A DNA stretch of 64,000 nucleotides from a virus (IMGVR_UViG_3300038673_000510:32001-96000), one strand, 5' to 3'; shown: positions 9,674-20,728, counted from the stretch's first letter. A program made the numbers and translations. The notes: generated from the letters alone by a model not told the origin.

Positions 9674-10412
9674 AATATACATGAATCAAGGAATGCGTAT
9701 TACACGTATTATGACTTCAGGTTGGGAAAATGCAATCCTTGGCATGAGACTTCCAATGAACTCAGAACATTTATCTGATAGCACTTATAATATTCCTCTG
9801 GGATCAGATAAAGATCAATTTATATTACTTGATTCTGGGTATGATATTGGACCAAAAGATCAAGATCTTATAATCAGACTTGCAAAAGCAGGAACAGATC
9901 ATAGTAAGGTTCTCAGAATGATTCATGTGTCAGCTCTTGTAAAAATGCCTATGACATTTTTTAAACATTATGATACTTATAAGGTTGCAACAACCGCAAT
10001 CTCAAGAAGTACGATGCACAAAGGAGTTGGTAAAGAATTACTTACTAAAGATGATTTTTATGTTGAAGAATGGAACAATGAACAAGATATTATGTTAGAA
10101 ACACTTAATAAGTTACAAATTCAGCACAATAATGCAACAGACCAAACTGAAAAAAGAAAAATTTGGCGTAGATTAATAGACGCTCTTCCAATGTGTTATT
10201 GTCAGGAGAGGCTGATAGATTTAGATTATCAGACACTTCTTGCTATTCTTGGTTCCAGGTATCAAGTAGAAAAATTATCACCGGAATGGAATTTCTTTTG
10301 TGAAGCGTTTCTCAAAGACTGTCCTATGCTTGAAAGACTTTATGAAGCAACAAAGCATAAAAGAACAATGACCACAGAAGAGTTTACTGCGATATCAAAG
10401 GGAAATAAATAA
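9660..10412 (+). CDS. divergent ThyX-like (flavin-dependent thymidylate synthase fold) protein
   Basis: GTDHSKVLRMIHV, DTYKVATTAISRSTMHK, LPMCY, DYQTL; canonical RHRxxS motif absent. Confidence 0.55.
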   Translation: MQITKIYMNQGMRITRIMTSGWENAILGMRLPMNSEHLSDSTYNIPLGSDKDQFILLDSGYDIGPKDQDLIIRLAKAGTDHSKVLRMIHVSALVKMPMTFFKHYDTYKVATTAISRSTMHKGVGKELLTKDDFYVEEWNNEQDIMLETLNKLQIQHNNATDQTEKRKIWRRLIDALPMCYCQERLIDLDYQTLLAILGSRYQVEKLSPEWNFFCEAFLKDCPMLERLYEATKHKRTMTTEEFTAISKGNK

Positions 10413-10759
10413 TGAAAAAATTGCATGTATATGTAGCAAGTCCATATTCAAATCCAGATCCAATAAAAATTGAAGCTAATGTACATAGATCTATGCTGGC
10501 TTGTGAACAGTTAATGGTAGCAGGCTTTGTTCCATTTCTTACATTAGCTTCTCATTATTATGATGTTAATCATTATAGTCACACTTGGGAAGAATGGATG
10601 GAATTTGATATTGCTTGGTTGTCAAAATGTGATGCATTGCTTCGTCTTGAAGGTGCTTCTAAGGGCGCAGATAGAGAAGTAGATTATGCAGTAAAAAATA
10701 ACATTCCAGTTTTTTACACAATTGAATCATTAAAAATGTATGCTGAAAATTTAAAATAA
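10412..10759 (+). CDS. nucleoside 2-deoxyribosyltransferase-like (DUF1937/DUF4406-type) protein
   Basis: VYVASPYS, WLSKCDALLRL, SKGADREVDYA. Confidence 0.8.
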   Translation: MKKLHVYVASPYSNPDPIKIEANVHRSMLACEQLMVAGFVPFLTLASHYYDVNHYSHTWEEWMEFDIAWLSKCDALLRLEGASKGADREVDYAVKNNIPVFYTIESLKMYAENLK

Positions 10760-11007
10760 TATATTTATTTCCTTCATTAAATATTAATATATAATGCTTA
10801 ATGGAGGTATTATGATACAAGAAAAACTAAATATTATTTTGATTCTTAGAAAATATATTAGCGATGCTATAATGATGCATAAAGATTTAAAACGATTTTG
10901 TAAATATTGTAATGCTAAAGAACAATATAGATGTGAAACATGGACAATAGAACATAAAGCTAAATGTCCAATATTAGAAGCAAAAAAATTATTGAGTAGA
11001 TTAGAAA

Positions 11008-11619
11008 ATGAAAAATGAACATAGTATTTTTATGAATATTGCTAAAGAAATTTCAAGAGCTTCTACTTGTTGCAAACGGCAAGTAGGAGTCGTTATTATT
11101 TCTCCAGACAACAGAATAATTTCTACTGGTTATAATGGTGTTGTTAGTGGTGCAGCGCATTGTACTACTACGTTGAAAACTATTATAGGCCATTATGTTG
11201 ATTCTGATTATGATAATTTTAAAAATAGAATTTTTGTTATCAGTCTCGGCAATGAAAGATTCAGATATGAAATACCAAACGATATTCCACTTAGTGAATC
11301 TATGTTTATTGATTATGTTTATAATGATATGATTGAAAAAGATTATATTAAAAGATGGCATTCTGAATGGTCAAAACAAAATGAAATTCATGCTGAAATT
11401 AACGCACTTCTTAATGCAACAATTCCTTCCTTAAAAAATTGTTCAATGTATGTTACATTAAGTCCTTGTATTGATTGTGCAAAAGCAATAGTTGCTGCAG
11501 GAATTAAAAATGTTTACTATCTTGGAGATAGAAGCAACAAATCAGACGATGGTATAGAATATCTTAAAAAAATAAGAACAATTCAATTAGATCATGAACA
11601 TTATAAAAAAATCTTATGA
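11008..11619 (+). CDS. dCMP deaminase
   Basis: STC.KRQVG, STGYNG, HAEINAL, SPCIDC. Confidence 0.92.
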   Translation: MKNEHSIFMNIAKEISRASTCCKRQVGVVIISPDNRIISTGYNGVVSGAAHCTTTLKTIIGHYVDSDYDNFKNRIFVISLGNERFRYEIPNDIPLSESMFIDYVYNDMIEKDYIKRWHSEWSKQNEIHAEINALLNATIPSLKNCSMYVTLSPCIDCAKAIVAAGIKNVYYLGDRSNKSDDGIEYLKKIRTIQLDHEHYKKIL

Positions 11620-11622
11620 GGA

Positions 11623-11651
11623 TTGACAAGAATTAAAATAAAGATTATAAT
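11623..11651 (+). promoter_or_regulatory. sigma70-type early promoter
   Basis: cttatgagga-TTGACA-17-TATAAT. Confidence 0.85.
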
Positions 11652-11685
11652 AATATCATAAAGGAAAACACAAAAGAAAATAAAA

Positions 11686-13624
11686 ATGAAAGCAATCATA
11701 AAAATAAAAAAGAATGAATCTAATTTCTGCTGTCTGACTTGTCCAGCAAATCATGATGCAGCGGTTGGAAGTATAGGGTGTATGATGTGTAATTTTTATG
11801 ATAAAAAGGCTTCAACTCAAATATTTGTGCATTGTACATCTCCGGTTGCTGTTGTATTTTTACAAAGTTTAAGAGGATAATTATGATTTGTAAAGAATGC
11901 GGAAATGAAATAAAGATGGTTAATATTCCTTTTGTTGATAATAATATTCGTGCCAATGGAATATGTCTTGAATGTGAAAGGTGGCTTAATCTGTTTGATG
12001 AGATTCAGATTAATAAGGGTCATTTTACCATGAATGGAAAATATTGGATAATTGATCCGAAGTCAAAAAACGAAGTTTATTCTTCAAATAAATTTTGTTT
12101 CAAAAAAGATGGCGTCGATGAAATTCTTTATTCCAATACTATAGTTTGTGTCGGTAAAATTCCAGCAAGATTTTCGAATCTTTTTCCAACAGATTGTGGG
12201 CGATCAGTAGGTGAGTAATACTAAAAGATTAGTAATAATATTATTATTTAGCAAAAGGTGAGTTTTTATGACAGATGAAGAAATTGTAATTCTGAAACGA
12301 TTAAGCAAAAAACTTAAACGTAAAGCTTCAATTGAAATGAAGAAAGTGAAAAATGACATAACTCATTATGAAGGTATGTGCAAAGGTATGTGGATTGGCT
12401 ACAACGAATCTGCTACTGAAATTGATAAAATACTAAGAGAAATAAAATGACGATAAAGGTAACAAAAACAATAGAAACACCTAAAATTGTTTTCAAGCAT
12501 TAAAACTAAAAAAAAATATTTATTCATTTTGAGAGGAAAAATGGAACAGTCAGAAGTAATTGCTAAATTGATTCTTACAGCAAGTGTGTTTGTAAGTATT
12601 GGTGGTCATACAGTGATGTGGCTCATGAATAAAACGCCGTTTTCAAAATTTCTTGGTAGTCTTCTTGGTGTTGGTTTTAATGCCGCATTACTTTATTATG
12701 CTAAAGTTTTTAACTTTATTAAGTTCTGAGGCAATGTATGACAAAGTGTATTTGCGGATATGTAGATAATGGTGGATTTAATGAAGAGCCGTTTATAGAA
12801 ACAGGTTGGGTTGTCGGAAAGAATTATGATCGTATCCCAGTTGTGGTTTGTCCTAAGTGTGGAACATTAAAAGCAAACGTGAGGAATTAAAATGATTATT
12901 GATAATACGGAAATTTTTGCTCGTTTTTCTTATTATACAGATTTTAAGGCTCGTGCATTGTATTTTATTGATGAGTATAATAATCCGTATTGTGTTATGA
13001 CAGTAAATATTCCTGATGTTATACTTAAAGATGATGAACTCCTTATAAAAACTTGGGGAGAATGTGAAGATATGTATGATTCACTTGTTAAAATGGGCGC
13101 ATTAATACCGACCGGAGATGTTGTGCCAACCGGTTTTGTGTGCGCTGCAATTTGCAAATATAACCCGGAGATATTAATGAAATGAAAAAAATCATATTAT
13201 TTTTGCTTATATTTGCAATTGCAGTGGGAACGGTATCTGCACAAAAGCCTAAAGTGAAAATAACATTGAAATGTTATTACATTGGCAACGATCAATATCG
13301 TTGGTATGTTCACAGTAGATATTCTCTTCCATATCTTAAAGACGGAAAGAATGTTGCATGTTCAAAAAAGGATATTAAATGATAGAATATAAAAGCTTAG
13401 AGCATGGAAGTACAGTTGTAGTAGTAAACAATAAAGTAGAATTAAATAAAGTTTTAAACTGGTGTAAAGAAAAAGATAAAATAATAATTGATTGGTTTAA
13501 TAAAGTTGAAAAATTTCCATTGTGTATTTCTGTTGCAAGCGATATTGTCGGATGGACAGACAAAATGGATAGAGCTTTATATTATAAACCATTTGAAGAT
13601 TTTTTAAAGGATATTGGTGAATAA
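11686..13624 (+). other. run of small early hypothetical ORFs (several Cys-rich or membrane-anchored)
   Basis: Tightly packed ORFs near 11686, 11883, 12268, 12541, 12892, 13182 and 13379. Confidence 0.6.
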
Positions 13625-14673
13625 TGGAATTTAAATTGCAAGATTTTCTTGAATTGACAAAGATTAAAGAAGAAATTAGAATGAAAGAAGAAATTGTTAA
13701 TGGTGTTCGCGTTGGAATTTTTTCTTATATGGTTTCTATGCCCGATACTTTTGATTCGGATCTCGCAAAAGAATGTCGTGGTATTACATTTAATCTTGAA
13801 ACTGGTGAATGTATCTGCCGTCCATTCCCTAAATTTTTTAACGTCAATGAAAAACCAGGTTGGCTTGAACATGAATTAGATTGGAAAAATATTACTTATG
13901 TTGGTGAAAAGTTTGATGGTTCAATGATTACTCCAGTTCTTGTTAATGGAAAAGTTTTTCTGAAAACCAAAAAAAGTTTTTATTCTGATGTTGCAATTCA
14001 GGCAACTCAATATATGAATAAGAACAATATTGTGTTTGACTTCAAGAAAGATGAAACATTACTTCTGGAATATATCGGACCTGATAATAAAATCGTTATT
14101 GATTATCCACAAGAAAAATTTGTATCTCTTGCTGTACGTAATATCAATTCTGGTAAAATTACCTTCACAACTAATATTTTTGATGAATGTAAAAATTTAA
14201 TTCAAGATGGATTGTTTATTGAATATGTTAGAACATTAGTTGGTAAAGAAGGTTTTGTATGTTATGATGCAACTAATGATAAACTATTCAAAGTAAAATC
14301 TCAATGGTATATGGATCTTCATAGATTGATTGATAAAATTTCAGGACGTGATGTTTTAGTAATGATCCTGGATGAAACTATTGACGACTATTCGTCTGCA
14401 ATTGCTGAAAACAAACGTAAATATAATGCAATCGCAGAACTTACAAAAGAAGTTAATCAGTTTAAACTTCAGTTAATCAAACGAGTTGAAAAAACATATA
14501 TGGAAAATTGTGCACTATCTAAAAAAGAATTTGCACAACACATATTTGCTAATGGTCATAAAGATATTAGCGGAATATTGTTTGCATTATATGACCAGAA
14601 AGATTATATGATTCAGATCAATGGTTTTGTAAACAATGTTTATAGAGAAAAATTAAGTGGGGTTATTTTTTAA
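13624..14673 (+). CDS. T4 Rnl1-like RNA ligase
   Basis: ECRGITF, RPFPKFFNVNE, motif I EKFDGS, EGFV, FKVKSQWY. Confidence 0.92.
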   Translation: MEFKLQDFLELTKIKEEIRMKEEIVNGVRVGIFSYMVSMPDTFDSDLAKECRGITFNLETGECICRPFPKFFNVNEKPGWLEHELDWKNITYVGEKFDGSMITPVLVNGKVFLKTKKSFYSDVAIQATQYMNKNNIVFDFKKDETLLLEYIGPDNKIVIDYPQEKFVSLAVRNINSGKITFTTNIFDECKNLIQDGLFIEYVRTLVGKEGFVCYDATNDKLFKVKSQWYMDLHRLIDKISGRDVLVMILDETIDDYSSAIAENKRKYNAIAELTKEVNQFKLQLIKRVEKTYMENCALSKKEFAQHIFANGHKDISGILFALYDQKDYMIQINGFVNNVYREKLSGVIF

Positions 14674-15202
14674 CCCCACTATTTTTATGAGACATGATAT
14701 GAAGAAAGTAACTATTGATTTTAATTGTAATGAAACTGTTGAAATTACATTAAACGAAAATGGCGCAAAAATTTATAATGATTATTATAAACAATTTGAT
14801 ACTTATTTTAATGAAAATCGACGTCATAAAAATATTCAGCCAGGAGTGCGCAGTATGCAATTATGGGATGTGATGAATATTTTTGGGCCACATTTAGGTC
14901 TTGGTAAAACTGCGCCATTTGAAAAATTTGAAATTAGATTTACAGTTGAGGTACCCGATGAGAGTTAAAGCACTCATTCAATCTGGAGAAATTCCGGCGG
15001 GATCAATTATTGACGTTGAAAAAGAAGTATATGGAAATTTTTTTGGAATTTGGCGTTCACACTTCGGAACATTCAATGTAAGTATTTCTATTAAAGATTG
15101 TGAAATTATTAAAGAATAGTGGATTGATATATGGCCCAATGATTGAAGTAATTAATGATATAAATTTTATTGAAATAAAGTAAGTAGGTAGGTAAGTAAT
15201 TA

Positions 15203-16114
15203 ATGATTAAAGTAATTTTTGCGCGTGGGCTTATTGCGTCAGGAAAATCCACGTGGGCCAAAGAATTTGTAGCAAATAATCAGAATTATAAAAGAGTATC
15301 TCGTGATGATTTTCGTCATATGACCAACTCTTATATTTATACTGATGAAAATGAAAAAATGGTAACTAAGTTATGGGATGTTACTGTTGCCAGTCTTATT
15401 GCACAAGGATACAATCTTGTTATTGATGAGCAGAATCTTAATAGTAAGTATCTTGAAGATCATAAGAGTTTTATTAAAACTGTTTGTGACCATGAAAACA
15501 AGACTGTAGAATTTTTAGTTAAAGATTTTCCAATTACTCTCGGCGAAGCAATTACCAGAGATAAACAAAGAGATTTTTCAATTGGTGAAAAAATTATAAA
15601 AAAGACTTGGCATAAGTATGAACTTACTTTGCGTAAGATGCTTGAAGATTCACGCAAAACAAAAGTTTATCCTTTTGATCCTAATCTTCCATATTGTATA
15701 ATTTGCGATATTGATGGGACTCTTAGTCGTCCAAATGACCGAGGAATTTTTGATTATTCAAAAGTTGATAATGATTATGTTATAGAACAAGTTGCTTTTA
15801 TGATTAAGAAACTTAAAGAAAGTACAAATATGATTATTGTCATGATGTCTGGTCGTGAGGAACAAGCTCGTGAAAAAACTATTAAATGGTTTGAACAAGC
15901 TAAGATTCCTTATGACTTCTTTTACATGAGAAAAGACAAGGATTCTCGTGCTGATAATATTGTTAAACTTGAATTGTTTGATAATCATATTAGAAACAAA
16001 TTTAATCCTTTCTGTGTATTCGACGATAGAATCCAGGTTCTTAAAATGTGGCAAGATCTTGGAATTTTTACTTTTGATGTTCGTCAAGACGCAGAAGGAA
16101 AAAATATTTTTTAA
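15203..16114 (+). CDS. pseT: polynucleotide 5'-kinase/3'-phosphatase (T4 PseT-like)
   Basis: GLIASGKSTWA, SRDDFR kinase domain; HAD DIDGTL, SGR, FDDR phosphatase domain. Confidence 0.93.
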   Translation: MIKVIFARGLIASGKSTWAKEFVANNQNYKRVSRDDFRHMTNSYIYTDENEKMVTKLWDVTVASLIAQGYNLVIDEQNLNSKYLEDHKSFIKTVCDHENKTVEFLVKDFPITLGEAITRDKQRDFSIGEKIIKKTWHKYELTLRKMLEDSRKTKVYPFDPNLPYCIICDIDGTLSRPNDRGIFDYSKVDNDYVIEQVAFMIKKLKESTNMIIVMMSGREEQAREKTIKWFEQAKIPYDFFYMRKDKDSRADNIVKLELFDNHIRNKFNPFCVFDDRIQVLKMWQDLGIFTFDVRQDAEGKNIF

Positions 16115-16295
16115 GGATAATATAATACATGAAACAAAACGTTCATATTCATCGGATGATTCTTTTAACCCTATAGGATTGAGCATAGGTGGTGGAGATT
16201 TTTCTTCATCGCCTATTTCTTTTTTTAACAATGATAATGATTTTTCTGGTGGAGGTGGTGATTTTGGAGGAGGTGGCGCATCTGGAGATTGGTAA
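16115..16295 (+). pseudogene. start-less remnant ending FSGGGGDFGGGGASGDW
   Basis: Characteristic Gly-rich C-terminus with no in-frame ATG outside pseT. Confidence 0.4.
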
Positions 16296-16890
16296 ACAAA
16301 ATAAATGTATCCATGAATAGAAGGACATCAGTACTTTCCATTCTCGTTATCAGCTTAAATGTATTAAGTGTAGTAAAACGAAATTAGATAAGGATAAAAT
16401 AAAAAATGAAAAATAAAGTTTTGATTGTGTTTTTAATTATTGTTGCAATATTTATAACTTCGTTGATGATAAAAATTGAAAAAACAAACAAGCAAATTAA
16501 TAGCCTTAATAAAAATATACAATTTTTAAACAATGAAGTTGAAGCAATTAATAGACGTTTAAGTCTTGATTCAACGGTAGATTAATATGGAAAAAATTGA
16601 ATGCACATGTAATAAAGGGCTCATAGAAAAATTGCATACAATGAAACTTGGAGATGGAAAAGAAATCTCAGTAAAAACACAAAAAGTATGTTCAGTTTGT
16701 CATGGAACCGGTTTTATAGAAAAATAAAACAACTTATTTGCGTTTTAAATATAATAATTAAAAGGAGAAAATTTATGTCTATGTGTGATGCAACATTTGC
16801 GAGAAAATCAATAGAATTAAATAAAGAACGTTTTCATATAGATGATTGTTTAATAAATGTTTTAATTAATACCATTGAGGTTGTTGATAA

Positions 16891-17175
16891 ATGAAAGAAA
16901 AATTTTTTATACAATATGGAATGAATGCACCAGTAGCAATAGAAAAAGTTAAAACATTTAAACGCACCGGCGGAAATATAGAATTTTTTTTTGACAGTGG
17001 AGTTGTGACATGGCAATTTGGTACTGTTGCTGAAGCTGAATATGCGCATAATATTTTAATAAAAACATATGTTTATAAAATGGACACATTACTTCAAAAA
17101 GAAGCAAAAGAAACAATGAAAAAACTTAAAGTAGAAGATAGTAATGAAAATGAGCCAAAACCCGATATGCTTTAA
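16891..17175 (+). CDS. hypothetical protein
   Basis: ORF track. Confidence 0.55.
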   Translation: MKEKFFIQYGMNAPVAIEKVKTFKRTGGNIEFFFDSGVVTWQFGTVAEAEYAHNILIKTYVYKMDTLLQKEAKETMKKLKVEDSNENEPKPDML

Positions 17176-17187
17176 TTCTTATAAGGG

Positions 17188-17216
17188 TTGACAAAAAAAA
17201 GACAAAATGTTATAAT
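17188..17216 (+). promoter_or_regulatory. sigma70-type early promoter
   Basis: cttataaggg-TTGACA-17-TATAAT. Confidence 0.85.
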
Positions 17217-17254
17217 ATTAACAACGAACAAACAAAAGTACAAAGGGAAAAAGT

Positions 17255-17574
17255 ATGCAGAAAGATGTTATTACTCTCGTAACAAAACACATGGATAAAA
17301 ATCATGCTGTTGAGTTATGGAGTGATGACAAACAAAAAGTGAATAGGCTGGAAATAATTTTCAATCATATTCATTTTATGAAAACAAATTACCTATATAA
17401 TCCCGAAACATTATTTGAAAAAAAATAAATAGTTTTATTCCTTTAAATTTGTTTCTACAGAGCAGATCAGATACTTTTATTATGTTAGAAACATGGTCAG
17501 ATAAAGAAGATTTAATGCTTGAGTTTGCTGAGTTTTGCGCAAAAGAATTAAACCTTTCATTTAATATTATATAA
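17255..17574 (+). pseudogene. frameshifted ORF (A8 run at 17418-17425)
   Basis: MQKDVITL...LFEKK stops; one extra A gives a 106-aa ORF filling the gap to TAA at 17574. Confidence 0.5.
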
Positions 17575-17586
17575 AGGAAAATACAA

Positions 17587-17843
17587 ATGCACGGAAAAAT
17601 TATTAAAATTCATAATCATGAAATTCTTAAACAAAAAAGACATAAGATTTTTGATTATATAAGTGTTGATATGGTGATGGCGCAGTTCAAATGGTTGTTA
17701 TGACTATTGATGCATACAATCTTTATATGTTTAAGGATTCTCTACTTGCAAAGGGTATGTTATACGATGACATCGAAAAACTTTGCAATCTTCAAATTGA
17801 AGTCTGTCAAAATGATGAAGCTCGTAATTTTTGTGAGGGTTAA
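17587..17843 (+). pseudogene. frameshifted ORF (one base missing near 17670)
   Basis: MHGKIIKI...SVD continues in another frame as YGDGAVQMVVMT...FCEG*. Confidence 0.4.
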
Positions 17844-17844
17844 T

Positions 17845-18042
17845 ATGGAAAAGAAAATATTTGAAGTATCATATGAAGGTTGGGATGGTGGTTCTGAAAT
17901 GTGTACTCACTACCTCCTTGTTGAAGCTGAAAACGAAGAACAAGCGAGAGACAAAGCTAATCTTTATTTGATAGATACTGTTACTCCTAAGCACATGTTC
18001 CGTTCAGTCGATAGAGTTTGGGAAGCCAAAATAATAAGATAA
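17845..18042 (+). CDS. hypothetical protein
   Basis: GAGGG SD; MEKKIFEVSYEGW..LLVEAENEEQA. Confidence 0.55.
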   Translation: MEKKIFEVSYEGWDGGSEMCTHYLLVEAENEEQARDKANLYLIDTVTPKHMFRSVDRVWEAKIIR

Positions 18043-18488
18043 AAACATGGAAACTGAAAATGTTGATAAAGAAGAATTACTTCAATTAGCATATAAAAGC
18101 CTTTGTGAATATTGTCAACGTAGTTATCCTTGTGCGGTTTGTAGGTACAAGAGCATAAAAGAATATGTAAAAAAAAATTAAATTGGAAATAAAAATATGA
18201 AAAATATAATTCCAGCTTGGAAGCTTCATAAGACTCGTACTATGATTCAACAGAAAAGTAAAGTACAAACAAATCGCAGAGTTTATAAACGCGATAAAAA
18301 ATCATGGAAGAACATGGTATGAAAGCCGAAGTAAAACATATTGACAATTTGTTTTCAAATATCATAGATTATATAACTATCAACACTGTACTTGATGATG
18401 GTGATTATGATTTTATTGAAAACAGATTAAAAGCGGTATCTGCTGCAATTACAAGAAAAAAAATTGATATAAAAAGAGGAAAATCAGT

Positions 18489-19229
18489 TTGAATAACTTC
18501 AAGTCAAAAGATGGCATTACAATTGCAGAGGTTCGCGCTGAACTTAAAAAGCAGAATGCTGTAATTGAAAGAGATAAGGCATACACTTGTCGTAGATGGA
18601 TTGTTACAGTTGATAAAAATACTTCTTTTCATATTCGTTATATTCCCACTATGGGAGAAATGCTGAACGAACTAAAAACTAAAAAAGTAATGGCTTTCTG
18701 TAAAGAACATGAAGCCAATTCAGATGGTAAAACCACAAAAGTACGTAAAGAAAAGAAGCTCAGAACAAAAGAAGTGAGAATGCTGAAAAAGCAGAAAAAA
18801 GTAAATAATCCCAGAATTCAAGAACTTCAGGAACAGCATATAAATCTTGTTCTTGAAAGAATGCGTCTGACAAATACCAAAGAAAGAAAAGCAGAACTTG
18901 CTATTCAATTAAAAGCTCTTCGTGCAGAAATTATTGAGCTTGGTGGTGATCCCACTATAGGTAATTCAAATGAAAAAACTTCTGTATCACGTGAAGATAT
19001 GGAAGAAGCTCGTAAACGTGGTATAGCAAAGCGCGCCGAAAAGAAAGACAAAAAAACTGCTGGTAAAAATGCTTCACCTCGTCTTAAGAAAACTGCATCT
19101 AAAAAAGCAAAAGATGAAGACTATGAAGACGAAATTGAAGAAGATGAATTCGATCTTGAAGAAGAAGAAGAAGAAATGAAACCAGCTAAAAAAGCAAAAA
19201 CTAAAGCTGTTAAAAAGGGTAAAAAATAA
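18489..19229 (+). CDS. putative nucleic-acid-binding protein with acidic and Lys/Ala-rich tail; carries a domain shared with 19229 and 47209
   Basis: VIERDKAYTCRRWIVT...IRYIPTMGEM; tail EDEIEEDEFDLEEEEEEMKPAKKAKTKAVKKGKK. Confidence 0.65.
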   Translation: MNNFKSKDGITIAEVRAELKKQNAVIERDKAYTCRRWIVTVDKNTSFHIRYIPTMGEMLNELKTKKVMAFCKEHEANSDGKTTKVRKEKKLRTKEVRMLKKQKKVNNPRIQELQEQHINLVLERMRLTNTKERKAELAIQLKALRAEIIELGGDPTIGNSNEKTSVSREDMEEARKRGIAKRAEKKDKKTAGKNASPRLKKTASKKAKDEDYEDEIEEDEFDLEEEEEEMKPAKKAKTKAVKKGKK

Positions 19230-19714
19230 TGGGACTTTGTAAGGGTATTTACACAAGACGACAGCACGGTGAAAATATCACTGTTCCAGATTTTATGGAA
19301 GGGCATCATATGAAAGACGATAAAAAAACCATGGTTCCCGATGGCGCAGTAATTACAAAAATCCCAGAGGGTGTTCTTGATATTACTGAAATTGATAAAC
19401 CGGAAAAGAAAAAAAAAGTAAACGTCAAGAAGCAAGAACAGACAATTAAGCAGCTTGAAAAAATCATTAAACGCAAAAGTCGCGGTGCAATGATTAAAAC
19501 AGCTTCAATCAAAGAAGTTCAAAAAGCACTTGGATCGCGGTATGTTATTGAAAGAGATAGATCATATAAATGTCGTAGATGGATTGTGACATCAAAAGAC
19601 AAAGAATGGTTTATCCGTTTTAATGATCCATTATGTATAGCGGTGGATTATATTAATAAACATGGTGCAGCAAAATTTCTTAAAGAGTTTTCGTTAAAAA
19701 GCAAATACAATTAA
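19229..19714 (+). CDS. paralog of the 18489 domain
   Basis: VIERDRSYKCRRWIVT. Confidence 0.65.
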   Translation: MGLCKGIYTRRQHGENITVPDFMEGHHMKDDKKTMVPDGAVITKIPEGVLDITEIDKPEKKKKVNVKKQEQTIKQLEKIIKRKSRGAMIKTASIKEVQKALGSRYVIERDRSYKCRRWIVTSKDKEWFIRFNDPLCIAVDYINKHGAAKFLKEFSLKSKYN

Positions 19715-19900
19715 GAGGTTAATATGCTTGGATGTGGAGATTATGCAATAACTAAATTATGGAAAGGATATACTGAGCCTCAAGTAATTGAATATGCAGA
19801 ATCTTATGAAGAATGTCTTAAATATATTTCCACTCAAAAACATAGCATTGCTTTTGATTGGGAAATAATGAAATTTCAATAAAAAACAAGAGGTAATAGT

Positions 19901-20149
19901 ATGGACGCAGTAACCGAAATTTCTTCAATCGTAGTTGATGAACTTGAATTTTTTCCTGGAGATTATTTTCAGGGAAGAGATAGAGAACGAAAAAATTTCA
20001 CGCTCAAATATGAAAGAATAACAAACGGTATGGCAATCATCAAGCAGATGGGCAGAAATACTACACATTTTTTTCGAATACCTCTTGCTGATGCTGGCGA
20101 TCAGCTTGGTATGATGTTCAGAAAAATTGAACGTGTATATAAATTTTAA
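19901..20149 (+). CDS. hypothetical protein
   Basis: GAGGT SD. Confidence 0.6.
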   Translation: MDAVTEISSIVVDELEFFPGDYFQGRDRERKNFTLKYERITNGMAIIKQMGRNTTHFFRIPLADAGDQLGMMFRKIERVYKF

Positions 20150-20155
20150 TGTTTG

Positions 20156-20181
20156 AGCTGGAGGATGAAAATTCTCCAGCT
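20156..20181 (+). terminator. hairpin immediately upstream of the IntC-helicase gene
   Basis: agctggag-gatgaaaatt-ctccagct; no U-tract. Confidence 0.45.
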
Positions 20182-20200
20182 ATTGTAATTTGGAGATAAT

Positions 20201-20308
20201 ATGATAGATGAAATAATTAGCATTGAAGAAGTGGAATCAGGGGACACAATTGATATAGAAGTTTCGGGAGATCATTTGTTTTTTGCAAATGATATTTTAA
20301 CACATAAT
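20201..20308 (+). mobile_element. Split intein C-fragment (IntC)
   Basis: Blocks F/G DIEVSGDHLFFAN..THN followed by Ser+1. Confidence 0.92.
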
Positions 20309-20557
20309 TCGCAGTTAAGTCGTGGTAATCTTCTTGTAAGTATTGAGGATTTGACTGAAGGCTTTATGGCGGATAGTTGGAGAAAAGTAAGTATATCGGA
20401 CTTGATTGTTGGTATGGCTGCAACTCCTGAAGAACGAGCTGCAAATAGAATAAATTTTAAAACACTCAAATCTCGAAATGGAATTAAAGACGAAATTTTT
20501 CCATTGAAGATTGAATACGAAAAAATGACTATTTCAGATTTAGCTAAAAAAGGATAA
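20201..20557 (+). CDS. dnaB: Split intein C-part (36 aa) fused to C-terminal 82 aa of the gp41/DnaB helicase
   Basis: TIDIEVSGDHLFFANDILTHN|SQLSRG...MADSWRKVSISDLIVGM...LKSRNG; GGAG SD. Confidence 0.93.
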   Translation: MIDEIISIEEVESGDTIDIEVSGDHLFFANDILTHNSQLSRGNLLVSIEDLTEGFMADSWRKVSISDLIVGMAATPEERAANRINFKTLKSRNGIKDEIFPLKIEYEKMTISDLAKKG

Positions 20558-20728
20558 TAACATGAAAGTTCAAACAAAAATACTAATGGAAATGTCACTT
20601 AAAGAAGCAGCAGTTCTTCAACGTTTTCTTGCAAATGTTTCAGATGAGATACTTGAAACATGTAATATAACTGAGACAGGAGATCAGAATATTATTTATG
20701 ACATATACAACGAACTTGAGAAACATGC

